From Myxococcota bacterium (GTDB taxonomy: Bacteria; Myxococcota_A; UBA9160; SZUA-336), in assembly GCA_965247115.1 (NCBI GenBank), contig CBDFGR010000003.1, forward strand, positions 1,824,001-1,888,000: a stretch of DNA of 64,000 nt. Reading direction: 5' to 3'. The position numbers were made by a program, and so were the translations under genes. The notes beneath the pieces are model-generated. The model saw only the letters and a list, made by a program, of their open reading frames with translations. It did no database searches and had not been told where the DNA came from. Of this stretch, positions 47,388 to 56,855 are shown piece after piece. Position 1 is the stretch's first letter, and every line of letters starts with the position of its first letter.

Positions 47388-48344
47388 TCAGGGCCAGAGG
47401 TAGTAGAAGCCTGGTGCGAGCCTTGCCTCCTCGGGGAGGAGGTTCAGGTCGACGACGTTGACGCTGGGCAGGTCCCGCCTGCTGTAGATGTTCTGGCGGT
47501 ACGCGCCGGCGGGGCGATAGATGACGACTCGCGACTCCGAGATTCCTGCGAGGCGCTCCGCCGCTGCAGCTGCGTCTTCCAGGTGGCCGATCGCGTCGAT
47601 CAGGCCCACGTCGAGGGCCTGGGAAGCCGTGTAGATCCGGCCGTCGGAGAGCTCGACGATTCTGCTGCGATCGAGCTTCGGGCGTCCTGCCTCGACGACG
47701 TCGAGAAAGCGCGCTTGCAGTTCGTCGACCACACCCTGCAGCTGCTCGGCTTCTTCCGGCGACATGTCTCTCAGGGTGGAACCGGCATCCTTGTAAGGTC
47801 CGCTCGTGAACGATTGGTCGGCGACGCCGACCCGCTCCAGCAGTCCGGAGAAGTTCAGGCCCCTCATCAGGACGCCGATCGAGCCGGTAACAGCGGCGGG
47901 CTGGGCGATGATCTCGTCCGCAGCCATGGCGATGTAATAGCCGCCGGATGTGGCGAGCCCGTTCATGTAGGCGATCACCGGGCGTTGGGTCCGGGTCTTC
48001 CAGCGCAGGAGCTCGTGGTGAATGGTCTCCGTGGCCCCGACGGTGCCTCCTGGGCTGCGGATGCGGAGCAAGAGCGCCGCGACGTCGCGATCCGCGGCAG
48101 CCAGGTCGAGAGCTTCTCGCAGTCGTGCTGCGTGGCCAGGGCCGCTCGGAAAGCCAGGAAAGCGCGAGCGTGTCGCCTCGGTGATCAAGCCCGAGACGTC
48201 GACCATGGCGAGCTTCGGCCCGTCTTCCCCGAGCACGGTTGTCTCCTGTAGGGGGCGGGCCGACCCCAAGCCGCCAACGTCAAGATTCACACAGGCCGAC
48301 AGGCCGCAAACGAAAACAAGCAGTGCGCAGAGTGCGAATTGCAT
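47388..48344 (-). CDS. sppA: Signal peptide peptidase SppA (S49), lipoprotein-type
   Basis: GLSAC lipobox, LRIRSPGG, ATSGGYYIA, TGSIGV, SGPYKD, DGRIYT. Confidence 0.93.
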   Translation of the reverse strand: MQFALCALLVFVCGLSACVNLDVGGLGSARPLQETTVLGEDGPKLAMVDVSGLITEATRSRFPGFPSGPGHAARLREALDLAAADRDVAALLLRIRSPGGTVGATETIHHELLRWKTRTQRPVIAYMNGLATSGGYYIAMAADEIIAQPAAVTGSIGVLMRGLNFSGLLERVGVADQSFTSGPYKDAGSTLRDMSPEEAEQLQGVVDELQARFLDVVEAGRPKLDRSRIVELSDGRIYTASQALDVGLIDAIGHLEDAAAAAERLAGISESRVVIYRPAGAYRQNIYSRRDLPSVNVVDLNLLPEEARLAPGFYYLWP

Positions 48345-48494
48345 CCTCTCTCCCCCGCGTGATCGAGTTCGACTCTGCCCGACAGTCTACGAGATCGGCA
48401 CGGAACGTCACGCAAGTACACGAACGGCGCTCGCGCTGGGACCGCAAAACGTCACTCATGCACCCGCAGCGCCCCAAGAAAGTCACGCCTCCCC

Positions 48495-48599
48495 GCAAGC
48501 GCCGCGGAGCGGCGCGCGCAGTGAGGCGATAGCCGAACGAAGAGCGGGAGGCGCGCGACCGCTCGCGCGCAGGGCCCCGCAAGACAGGCCCCGCAAGAC
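48495..48599 (+). repeat. Degenerate REP-like copy with duplicated end (GGCCCCGCAAGAC x2)
   Basis: GCAAGCGCCGCGG..GCGCGCAG..GCGCGCGACCGCTCGCGCGC. Confidence 0.78.
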
Positions 48600-48639
48600 G
48601 GGGTTTACACCTCGAGCACCCGAAGCTACACAGGAGCGG

Positions 48640-50118
48640 GTGAGCACCCGGTACGACCGGCTCAGCGAGGCAGCGACCTTCTCTCTCGCACAGGATAGCG
48701 CTGCGACCCACACCCACGTGGGCGCGGTGCTGGTGTTCGATGCGAGTACGCTGCGCACGCTGGAGGGCGGCATCGACATCGAGCGGATTCGGGCGCACGC
48801 GGCTTCGCAACTCCATCGAGCGCCGCGCTATCGCCAGCGACTCGCGCGCGTGCCCTTTGAAAACTCGCCAGTGTGGGTCGACGATGATCATTTCAGCCTC
48901 GACCACCACGTCCGGCATACGAGCCTGCCGCGTCCGGGGGACGAGTCGCAGCTGAAGCGTCTCGCCGCGCGCATCATGTCGCAAGAGCTCGATCGCGAGA
49001 AGCCGCTCTGGGAGCTCTGGATCGTGGAGGGAGTGGACGGGGATCGCTTTGCGATCGTGTCCAAGACTCACGCCTGCGTTGTCGATGGGCCGCACGGCGT
49101 CGACCTGCTGACGCTCCTCCTTGCAGCGGAGCCGACGGAAGAGAGCGACAAGCCGCGGGAGTTCGAGCCGCGCCTCGCGCCGAGCCAGCTGCACCTGCTG
49201 CGCGACGAGATCCTGCGCCGCGTGCGCTCTCCCCTCGAGCTGGCGCGCGACGTCGGTGGTGTGCTGACGCGTCCCCAGGAGTTCGCGTCGAGCGTCGAGG
49301 CGCGAGCCAGGACCTGGGTCGATACGTTTGTAAGATTCGGGCGCGAGCCAACCGAAACGCTGCTCAACGGTCAGATCGGACCGCACCGGCAGAGCGACTG
49401 GGTCGGCATGGAGCTGGCCGACGTCCGTGCCGTGAAGCGGCGGTTGGGCTGCACGGTTCACGAGCTGGTGCTCGCCACCGCAACGGGAGCCATGCGCCGT
49501 TTCCTGGAGCGGAGGGGCGTCGGTTTGAGGTCGTTCGAGTTGACGGCATCTACACCGATCAGCGTATATTCGAGTCCGGGCACTTCGCCGGAACGCATCG
49601 CCATCCACGCCGTGCGACTCCCGGTGGGGGAGCCGGAGCCGCTCGATCAGCTGGAGCTGGTGCGCCGAGCCACGCGTGGGCTCACGCCTGCAGGCGGGGC
49701 GGTCCCGGCCGCCGATCTTGCCGGCGTCACGCGCTGGACTGGCTCGTCGCTGCTCTCGCGAGGCGCCCTTGCCCTCTACGGGGCCGACGCCTGCAACCTG
49801 GTCGTGACGAACGTCCCTGGGCCGCAGGTGCCGCTCTACTTCCTGCCCTCGAGGCTACTGGTCTGCCATCCGCAGGCGCCGCTCGCACCGAATCACGCGC
49901 TCTCGATCGCGCTGTGGAGCTATGCCGGACGCCTCACTTGGGGACTCGTCGCGGATCGCGAGCGCCTGCCTGACCTGCCGCTGCTGACGGACGAGATCGT
50001 CGCGTCCTTCTCCGAGCTCCGCGTCGCAGCGGGACTCGAGTGGAGTAGGCGCGCGCTCGGGCGGCGGTCGCGAGCGAGGCGTAGGCTCGACTCGAGCGGC
50101 GCGCGTGCGGAGCTCTGA
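48640..50118 (+). CDS. Wax ester synthase/DGAT-family O-acyltransferase with altered active-site motif
   Basis: THVG, WVDD..F.LDHHVR, LDREKPLWE, KTHACVVDG, NLVVTNVPGP. Confidence 0.9.
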   Translation: MSTRYDRLSEAATFSLAQDSAATHTHVGAVLVFDASTLRTLEGGIDIERIRAHAASQLHRAPRYRQRLARVPFENSPVWVDDDHFSLDHHVRHTSLPRPGDESQLKRLAARIMSQELDREKPLWELWIVEGVDGDRFAIVSKTHACVVDGPHGVDLLTLLLAAEPTEESDKPREFEPRLAPSQLHLLRDEILRRVRSPLELARDVGGVLTRPQEFASSVEARARTWVDTFVRFGREPTETLLNGQIGPHRQSDWVGMELADVRAVKRRLGCTVHELVLATATGAMRRFLERRGVGLRSFELTASTPISVYSSPGTSPERIAIHAVRLPVGEPEPLDQLELVRRATRGLTPAGGAVPAADLAGVTRWTGSSLLSRGALALYGADACNLVVTNVPGPQVPLYFLPSRLLVCHPQAPLAPNHALSIALWSYAGRLTWGLVADRERLPDLPLLTDEIVASFSELRVAAGLEWSRRALGRRSRARRRLDSSGARAEL

Positions 50119-50126
50119 GGGAGGCC

Positions 50127-51530
50127 ATGGGAGGTCGGTTCTGGCATTGCGTGGTCGCGATCGTCGCGGGCCTGTTGTGGCTGATCTCGGGCGCTGGAGC
50201 GGGTGTTGCTGGCTTCGTCCTCGGTGCGATTCCGGGTTCGCTCTTGCTCGCCGGGGGCGTCTCGCAGCTGTGGCTGCAGCGCGACGTGCGGCCCCTGCAG
50301 ATGAGCGCGCTCGGTGGGGCGCTCGGAGCTGTACTGGCGCTTCCCATGCTCTTCGTGGTGGGCCCCTCGGGGGCTCTCTGGCTGCTCATCCTAGCGGGCG
50401 GGAGCTTTCTGGCTGCTGGCTGGGTGAGTCAGCGGCGACAGGCCGTGGTGCCGGGCGTGCCGGAGCCGACGCTGGATCTGAAGCTCGCTGCAAAGATCGG
50501 ACTCGACGAGGCCATCATCGCGACCGTGCCCCTGGCCCGGCGCGGCTTCGTCAGCCTGGATACTGCACGGGTGGTCGAGGAGATCCGTGGAGCGCACGAG
50601 CTCTTCACGGAGCAAGGCTGGCTGGAGAAGCCCGCCAGCTTCCACGCGGAGCCGCCTGCTCTCGAGTCGCCGAGCATCGACCGGAAGGAGATGCGCGGGC
50701 TGCGCTACGAACACCTGAGCTTCGAGAGCGGCTATGAGCCGCCAGCCGCGGCTCCCGGTCGCGAACGCTGGCTGAGCTATGCGAAGAATCGGCGCGGACA
50801 CGCCTGGGTGCTGCGCGACGGCGCGGAGCCACGCCCGTGGCTCGTCTGCATCCACGGCCTGGGCATGGGCTTCCCCCTGCTGGACTTCCCGGCCTTCGAG
50901 GCCGAACGGCTGCACCGCGAGCTCGGCCACAATTTGCTCTTTCCCGTGCTCCCGCTGCACGGGCCGCGGAAGGTGGGACTCCGCAGTGGTGACCGCTTCG
51001 TCGGTGGCGAGCTTCTGGACACTGTTTTTGCCGAGGCCCAGGCGATGTGGGATATCCGTCGGCTCCTGAGCTGGGCGCGCGCCGACGCCGCCGAGTCCGT
51101 CGGGATCTACGGCATCTCACTGGGCGGATACTCGGCCGCGCTGCTTGCTGGACTCGACGACGACCTGGCGTGCGTGATCGCCGGCGTTCCGGTCGTCGAC
51201 TTCCTGCGTGGCGAGAGCAGACTCTCGGTACCCGAGACGCGCAGGGAGCTGGAGCGTCGGGGTCTGGAGTGGGGCCAGGTCGAAGAGCTCATGCGTTCGA
51301 TCTCGCCTCTCGCGCTCCAGCCGCTCCTGCCCAGGGAGCGCTGCTTCATCTACGCCGGAACCGTCGATCGGCTGGTCACCGCCGACCAGCCGCGTGATTT
51401 GTGGACCCACTGGGGCGAGCCGCAGCTGGCCTGGTACCACGGCAGCCACCTGTCGTTCCGGCGCGAGCCAGCAGTTCGAAAGCTCGTTGACCGGGCCCTC
51501 CGCGAGTGGCGCCTGGGCCCGATGTGCTGA
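50127..51530 (+). CDS. Membrane-anchored alpha/beta-hydrolase
   Basis: N-terminal TM bundle, CIHG, PLHGPR, GISLGG nucleophile elbow, DRLV, GSH. Confidence 0.85.
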   Translation: MGGRFWHCVVAIVAGLLWLISGAGAGVAGFVLGAIPGSLLLAGGVSQLWLQRDVRPLQMSALGGALGAVLALPMLFVVGPSGALWLLILAGGSFLAAGWVSQRRQAVVPGVPEPTLDLKLAAKIGLDEAIIATVPLARRGFVSLDTARVVEEIRGAHELFTEQGWLEKPASFHAEPPALESPSIDRKEMRGLRYEHLSFESGYEPPAAAPGRERWLSYAKNRRGHAWVLRDGAEPRPWLVCIHGLGMGFPLLDFPAFEAERLHRELGHNLLFPVLPLHGPRKVGLRSGDRFVGGELLDTVFAEAQAMWDIRRLLSWARADAAESVGIYGISLGGYSAALLAGLDDDLACVIAGVPVVDFLRGESRLSVPETRRELERRGLEWGQVEELMRSISPLALQPLLPRERCFIYAGTVDRLVTADQPRDLWTHWGEPQLAWYHGSHLSFRREPAVRKLVDRALREWRLGPMC

Positions 51531-51543
51531 GCGTGCAAGCCGG

Positions 51544-54348
51544 TCAGGGGCTGCGCTCGCGGGAACCCCTGGCGAAGGCCTCGCGCACGAACTCCGCCTC
51601 CTCCTGCTCGTGAATGGAGTACGAGCCTGTCGCCGGGCTCGCGGCTTCGTGTCGACCCACGTAGCGTAGGCCGACCTCGGGGCCGAGCACCCGTCGCATT
51701 CGCTCCTGGACGTAGGACCAGGCTCCCATGTTCCACGGCTCCTCCTGACACCAGACGATGTCGCGTGCAGGATACGCCGCAAGCAGGTCATGCAGGAGCT
51801 CGAACGGGAAGGGGTGCAGCTGCTCCAGGCGAACCAGAGCGACGTCGTTGAAGTTCGAGTCCTCACGCGCGGCTAGCAGCGTGTAGTAGACCTTTCCCGA
51901 GCACACGATGACCCGCCGTACCTGAGGCCGGTCCAGGTCTCCCGAAACGAACGCGGGGTCGTCGATGGCGCAGTGGAAGGCCCCCTCCGTAAACTCCTCG
52001 ACGGAGGATACGGCGAGCGGGTGGCGTAGCAGGCTCTTGGGGGACATGAGGACCAGCGGCTTGCGATAGTTGCGGCGGATCTGGCGGCGTAGCGCGTGGA
52101 AGTACTGCGCGGGTGTCGTCAGATTACAGACCTGGATGTTGTCCTCTGCACAGAGCTGGAGGAAGCGCTCGAGGCGAGCGCTCGAGTGCTCGGGGCCCTG
52201 TCCCTCGTATCCATGCGGCAGCAGCATCACGAGCCCGCTGGAACGCCTCCACTTGGTCTCCGCGCTGGCGATGAACTGGTCGATGATGACCTGGGCGGTA
52301 TTGGAGAAGTCCCCGAACTGCGCCTCCCAGATCGCCAGGCGATCGGGATCGACAGAGCTGTAGCCGTACTCGAAGCCAAGCACTGCGGCCTCGGAGAGGT
52401 TGCTGTTGCTGATGATCAGACGCGAGCCCAAGCTGCCGAGGGTGTCGAGGGGGATCGCGCGTGCAGCGGTCTCGACGTCGTGAAGAACGGCGTGGCGCGA
52501 GCTGAAGGTGCCGCGCTCGACGTCCTGGCCCGTCAGCCGGATTGTGGTTCCCTCGAGCAGCATGGTCCCCAGCGCCACGCACTCCGCGGTTCCCCAGTCG
52601 ATCCCGCGTCCCTCGGCAATAGAGCGAGCGCGCTGCCCCATGAGTCGCGCGATCTTCGGGTGAGCGGCGAAGCCTTCCGGCAGGTCGAGTAGGGCGTCTG
52701 CGACTCGCCCGAGTTGCTCCCGGGGGACCGCCGTTGGGAGCTCGACGCGCGCGCGCGCTTCCAGCCCGCTCCACAGACCGTGGTAGCCCTCGGTGCCGGC
52801 GTCGCGCTGCTGCTCGCTGCTGCGCTCGAGCGCCTCTTCCAGGCGCTGGTTCTGCTCGCGTTCGGTCTTTTCGACGGCAACCTCGTCGATCACGCCTTCC
52901 TGTAGCAGCCGCTCGGTGTAGATGGTGCCCACGCGCGGGTGGGTGCGGACCTGCTTGTAGAGCTGCGGCTGGGTGAAGGTCGGATCGTCGCCCTCGTTGT
53001 GTCCGTGGCGCCGATAGCAGACCAGGTCGATGATCACATCCTCCTTCCAGCGCTGTCGGAACTCGATCGCGAGCCGCGCGGCGTTGACGCAGGCCTCGGG
53101 GTCGTCCGCGTTTACGTGGAAGATGGGCGCCTGGATCACCTTGGCCATGTCGCTCGGATGCTGGGTAAAGAGGTAGTCCTTCGGCTCCGTCGTGAAGCCG
53201 ATCTGATTGTTCACAATTATGTGTATAGTTCCGCCGGTCCAGTAGATGTCGAGTTCCGACATGGCAAGGGTCTCCGGCACGATTCCCTGTCCGATGAAGG
53301 CGGAGTCGCCATGGATCATGACGGGGATCACCTGGGCGCGTTCGACGTCGCCGCGGAAGTTCTGCTTGGCTCGCACGATCCCCTCCGCGACGGGGTTCAC
53401 CCACTCCAGATGGCTCGGGTTCGGCTGCAGGGAGAGATGGATCGTCCTGCCCGCGCGCGTCTTGCGGTCCGAGGAGTAGCCTCGGTGGTACTTGACGTCG
53501 CCGGAGCCCTGCGCGTCGAGTGGCACGAGCGCCGTTTGAAAGCCGGCCATCACCGCCACGTAGGGCATTCCCATCGTGTGCGCCATCACGTTGAGGCGAC
53601 CACGATGCGCCATGGCGATCACCACCTCATGGGCACCGAGCTGCGATGCATCCTCGACGAGCGAGTCCATGAGCGGGAGCAGCGACTCGGCCCCTTCTAT
53701 CGAGAAGCGCTTCTGCCCGATGAAGCGCTTGTGCAGGAACTGCTCGAAGCGCTCTGCTGCGATCACCTGGGTCAAGACTCTCCGGCGGCCTTCTGCCGGG
53801 AGCTCTGGCTGGTTCTGGACGGGCTCCATGCGCTCGAGCAGCCAGTCGCGGCGCTCCTTGTCGCGCATCTCCATGAACTCGACGGCGAAGGATCTGCAGT
53901 ACGTCGCCCGCAGGCTCTCGATCAGCTCGCGCGGGGTGGCCTCGCGCAGGCCGAGGAAGTTCCCGCAGGAGCCCTTCACGTCGAGGTGCTCCTCCTCGAG
54001 TCCGAACTCACGCGGGTCCAGCAGAGCGTGCTCGCTTGCGCCCCCTCTCAGCGGATCGAGCTCTGCGATCAGGTGACCGTGGGTCCGGTACGCGTTCACG
54101 AGCGCGAAGATTCCGAGGCCGGAGAGGCTCCCCGCCTCGCGCATCGGCCCCGAGGTGACCGGAGGTTGCTCGCCAGCGTCGCGCACGTGGATCGCGTCGA
54201 AGACCTCGCGCCAGTGGTCCGGCAGGCCGGCCCGCCCGAGCACGTAGTCCTCGTAGAGAGACTCGACCCAGGCACCGTTCTCGCCGCTGAGCAGCGCAGC
54301 GAGCTCGAGCTTCCCTGCGGCCGTCGGCTGCGGGAGATTCGTGTTCAC
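51544..54348 (-). CDS. sucA: 2-oxoglutarate dehydrogenase E1 component
   Basis: KRFSIEG, MAHRGRLN, GDVKYH, NPSHLE, HGDSAF, WEAQFGDF, GPEHSSAR, QEEP.NMG. Confidence 0.97.
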   Translation of the reverse strand: MNTNLPQPTAAGKLELAALLSGENGAWVESLYEDYVLGRAGLPDHWREVFDAIHVRDAGEQPPVTSGPMREAGSLSGLGIFALVNAYRTHGHLIAELDPLRGGASEHALLDPREFGLEEEHLDVKGSCGNFLGLREATPRELIESLRATYCRSFAVEFMEMRDKERRDWLLERMEPVQNQPELPAEGRRRVLTQVIAAERFEQFLHKRFIGQKRFSIEGAESLLPLMDSLVEDASQLGAHEVVIAMAHRGRLNVMAHTMGMPYVAVMAGFQTALVPLDAQGSGDVKYHRGYSSDRKTRAGRTIHLSLQPNPSHLEWVNPVAEGIVRAKQNFRGDVERAQVIPVMIHGDSAFIGQGIVPETLAMSELDIYWTGGTIHIIVNNQIGFTTEPKDYLFTQHPSDMAKVIQAPIFHVNADDPEACVNAARLAIEFRQRWKEDVIIDLVCYRRHGHNEGDDPTFTQPQLYKQVRTHPRVGTIYTERLLQEGVIDEVAVEKTEREQNQRLEEALERSSEQQRDAGTEGYHGLWSGLEARARVELPTAVPREQLGRVADALLDLPEGFAAHPKIARLMGQRARSIAEGRGIDWGTAECVALGTMLLEGTTIRLTGQDVERGTFSSRHAVLHDVETAARAIPLDTLGSLGSRLIISNSNLSEAAVLGFEYGYSSVDPDRLAIWEAQFGDFSNTAQVIIDQFIASAETKWRRSSGLVMLLPHGYEGQGPEHSSARLERFLQLCAEDNIQVCNLTTPAQYFHALRRQIRRNYRKPLVLMSPKSLLRHPLAVSSVEEFTEGAFHCAIDDPAFVSGDLDRPQVRRVIVCSGKVYYTLLAAREDSNFNDVALVRLEQLHPFPFELLHDLLAAYPARDIVWCQEEPWNMGAWSYVQERMRRVLGPEVGLRYVGRHEAASPATGSYSIHEQEEAEFVREAFARGSRERSP

Positions 54349-54539
54349 GCCGCGAAGCCTCCGTGTTTCGAGGCGTCGCGCCCCGTTTGCGGAAAATAAC
54401 GCTCCGCCGGGAGGCCGTCATTTGCTGCCCGTCTCGGGCTGAGACGCTCCATCCTGCTCTTCATCGTCTCGTCTGCGACTCGGGTGAAGGTCTCTCGGTC
54501 GACTGACGCCCGGGCACGGCTCCGCTAGGATGCCGCGCT

Positions 54540-55760
54540 ATGAAGTTCAAGGTCCTCCCCGGCTTTCGCGACTTCTTGCCCGCGGAGCTCGCCACCAGGC
54601 GCGCGATCGAGTCCGCCTGGCGCGAGGCCTCTGTGGGCGCCGGCTTCGAGGAGATCGACGGGCCCGTCCTCGAGCCACTCGAGCTCTTCACGACAAAGTC
54701 GGGCGAGGAGATCGTGTCGCAGCTCTACGCCTTTGAGGACAAGGGCGGACGCAAAGTGGCGTTGCGGCCAGAGATGACGCCGAGCATTGCGCGCATGGTG
54801 GCAGGTCGCGCCGCCGGGCTCCCGAAGCCTATCAAGTGGTTCTGCGTGCCGGAGTTCTATCGCTACGAGAAGCCTCAGCGCGGTCGGACACGGGCGTTTC
54901 GGCAGTGGAACGTCGATGTGTTCGGGAGCGACGACGCGGCGGCCGATGCGGAGGCGATCTCCGTTGCCGTCGAAGGGCTGCGCAGTCTCGGCCTCGGCTC
55001 AGACGACGTCATCGTGCGCATCAACGATCGCCGCCTGCTGCGCAGGCAGCTCCGCAAGATCGATGTGGGCGACGCGGACGAGCCAGAGGTGCTGGCCCTG
55101 ATCGACAGGCTCGAGAGGGACGACAGGGCTGCGGGTCGGCTCGAGGCGCTGCTGGGGACGAGTCGCGCACAGGAGCTCGCGGGCTGGTGCGAGCGCATGC
55201 CCGTCGAAGCCGGGGATGAGCTAGGCGCCGTGCTCGAGGCCTGCGAGGACTTCGGCATCGGCGATTTCCTGGAGCCCGACTTTCGCATCGTTCGGGGGCT
55301 CGACTACTACACGGGACCCGTCTGGGAGATCTTCGATCGCACCCGCTCACTGCGCTCGGTCGCGGGTGGCGGCCGCTACGACGAGCTCATCGAGCTGCTC
55401 GGAGGTCCCAAGCTCCCGGCACTCGGCTTCGGTATGGGAGACGCCGTGCTCGGCGAGCTCCTGCAGGAACGAGGCCTGCTGCCGACGTCCGCCCCCCGTG
55501 TAGACGTCGTAGTGGTAGCGATCGGTGCCGAGATGCGCTCCGCCGCCCGTCGCGTCGTCGCAAAGCTCCGTGCGGAAGGCGTCCGCGCCGACGCCCCCTA
55601 CGGCTCCCCCCGTCTCTCAAAGGCCCTAAAGTCCGCCGACGGCATGGGCGCCACCCGAGTCGTCCTGGTCGGCCCCGACGAATGGCAAACCGACTCGGTA
55701 AAAGTCAAAGATCTCGCAACCGGCCGCGAAACCATAGTCCGCCTAGAAAACCTCTCGTAG
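54540..55760 (+). CDS. hisS: Histidine--tRNA ligase
   Basis: GFRDF, LRPEMT, RYEKPQRGR, IVRGLDYYTG, GGGRYD, GFGMG. Confidence 0.97.
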   Translation: MKFKVLPGFRDFLPAELATRRAIESAWREASVGAGFEEIDGPVLEPLELFTTKSGEEIVSQLYAFEDKGGRKVALRPEMTPSIARMVAGRAAGLPKPIKWFCVPEFYRYEKPQRGRTRAFRQWNVDVFGSDDAAADAEAISVAVEGLRSLGLGSDDVIVRINDRRLLRRQLRKIDVGDADEPEVLALIDRLERDDRAAGRLEALLGTSRAQELAGWCERMPVEAGDELGAVLEACEDFGIGDFLEPDFRIVRGLDYYTGPVWEIFDRTRSLRSVAGGGRYDELIELLGGPKLPALGFGMGDAVLGELLQERGLLPTSAPRVDVVVVAIGAEMRSAARRVVAKLRAEGVRADAPYGSPRLSKALKSADGMGATRVVLVGPDEWQTDSVKVKDLATGRETIVRLENLS

Positions 55761-55823
55761 CTCGAGACACGTCCATGCCAGGATCCAGGCCGCCGACGGT
55801 GTACGCATCAGCGCGCCTGGCTG

Positions 55824-56711
55824 CTACTCCACCGCCATGCCCATCGCATGGAACCCCTTGTCGACGTAGAGGGTGGTTCCGGTAACACCCGACGCCAGGG
55901 GGCTCGCGAGGAAGGTGGCGGCAGCACCCACCTCTGACGCGTGAATGGGTTCGGGCAGCGGTGAGTTCTTGCTGACGTAGTCGATCATCGTTCCGATGAA
56001 TCCGATCGCGCTCGCTGCGCGCGAGGCCAGAGGGCCCGCCGAGATGCAATTGACGCGCGCACCCCAGCGGCGCCCGGCCTCGAACGCGAGGGTGCGCGTG
56101 TCGGACTCGAGAGCCGCCTTGGCCGAGGACATGCCGCCCCCGTAGCCGGGGATCACCCGTTCGGACGCCATGAAGCTGAGGGTGAGGAAGGAGCCGTGCT
56201 CTCGCAGCAGGGGACCGAAGCGCTGCACGAGTGCTACGAACGAGTAGCTGCTTGCGCTCAGCGCGTCCAGGTAGCCCTCGCGGCTCGTATCCAGAAGCGG
56301 GTTCTTGACCTCTGATCCGTTCGCCAGGCTGTGCACGACGATGTCGAGTGGCTTCTCGCCGAACTCGGCCACGAGCTGATCCGCTACACCCTGCAGCGTG
56401 AAGTCGGGGTGTGCCTTGTAGCGGCGATGCTCGCGGACCTCCATGGGCACTCGGTCGAGCTCGTCGTACGCGGCGTCTAGCGCGTAGATGCGCTCGAACT
56501 CGAGCTTCCTCCCGTCCTGGAGCTGCAGAGAGTCGGCAATCTTGTCGCGCTCGAGCAGCTTTGTGAAGATCCCGTAGGCAGGGGGCCAGGTCCCGACGCA
56601 GACGGAGGCTCCGGCCTCGGCCAGCTTCTTCGCGATCGCGAAGCCGAAGCCAGCATCGTCGGCCACGCCCGCCACGAAGGCTCGCTTGGCGTGCAGGTCG
56701 ATTCCGAGCAT
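55824..56711 (-). CDS. fabI: Enoyl-ACP reductase (plant/chlamydial-type FabI)
   Basis: FVAGVADD.GFGFAIAK, VGTWPP, VHSLANG, SASSYS, PGYGGGMSSAKAALESD, ISAGPL.SRAA. Confidence 0.93.
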   Translation of the reverse strand: MLGIDLHAKRAFVAGVADDAGFGFAIAKKLAEAGASVCVGTWPPAYGIFTKLLERDKIADSLQLQDGRKLEFERIYALDAAYDELDRVPMEVREHRRYKAHPDFTLQGVADQLVAEFGEKPLDIVVHSLANGSEVKNPLLDTSREGYLDALSASSYSFVALVQRFGPLLREHGSFLTLSFMASERVIPGYGGGMSSAKAALESDTRTLAFEAGRRWGARVNCISAGPLASRAASAIGFIGTMIDYVSKNSPLPEPIHASEVGAAATFLASPLASGVTGTTLYVDKGFHAMGMAVE

Positions 56712-56712
56712 C

Positions 56713-56820
56713 TCAGCGGCCTCTGAAGACCGGCTCGCGCTTCTCCAGGAACGAGCGCATGCCCTCCTCGATCCGGGCGACGTGGCTCCGCACTTTGTGG
56801 TGAACGAGCGTGTAGTCCAT
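56713..56820 (-). pseudogene. Internally deleted enoyl-CoA hydratase remnant (35 codons)
   Basis: GAGGAGGGAG RBS; MDYTLVHHKVRSHVARI joined in frame to EEGMRSFLEKREPVFRGR*. Confidence 0.68.
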
Positions 56821-56855
56821 GGCTCCCTCCTCTGTCGCGTCGGGGAGCGCGCCCC

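Noticed and set aside
46375..47403. Repetitive ORFs over the tandem array and other REP-spanning ORFs (1908-2369, 58836-59390)
   Set aside because: Translations of non-coding repeats that are open in several frames
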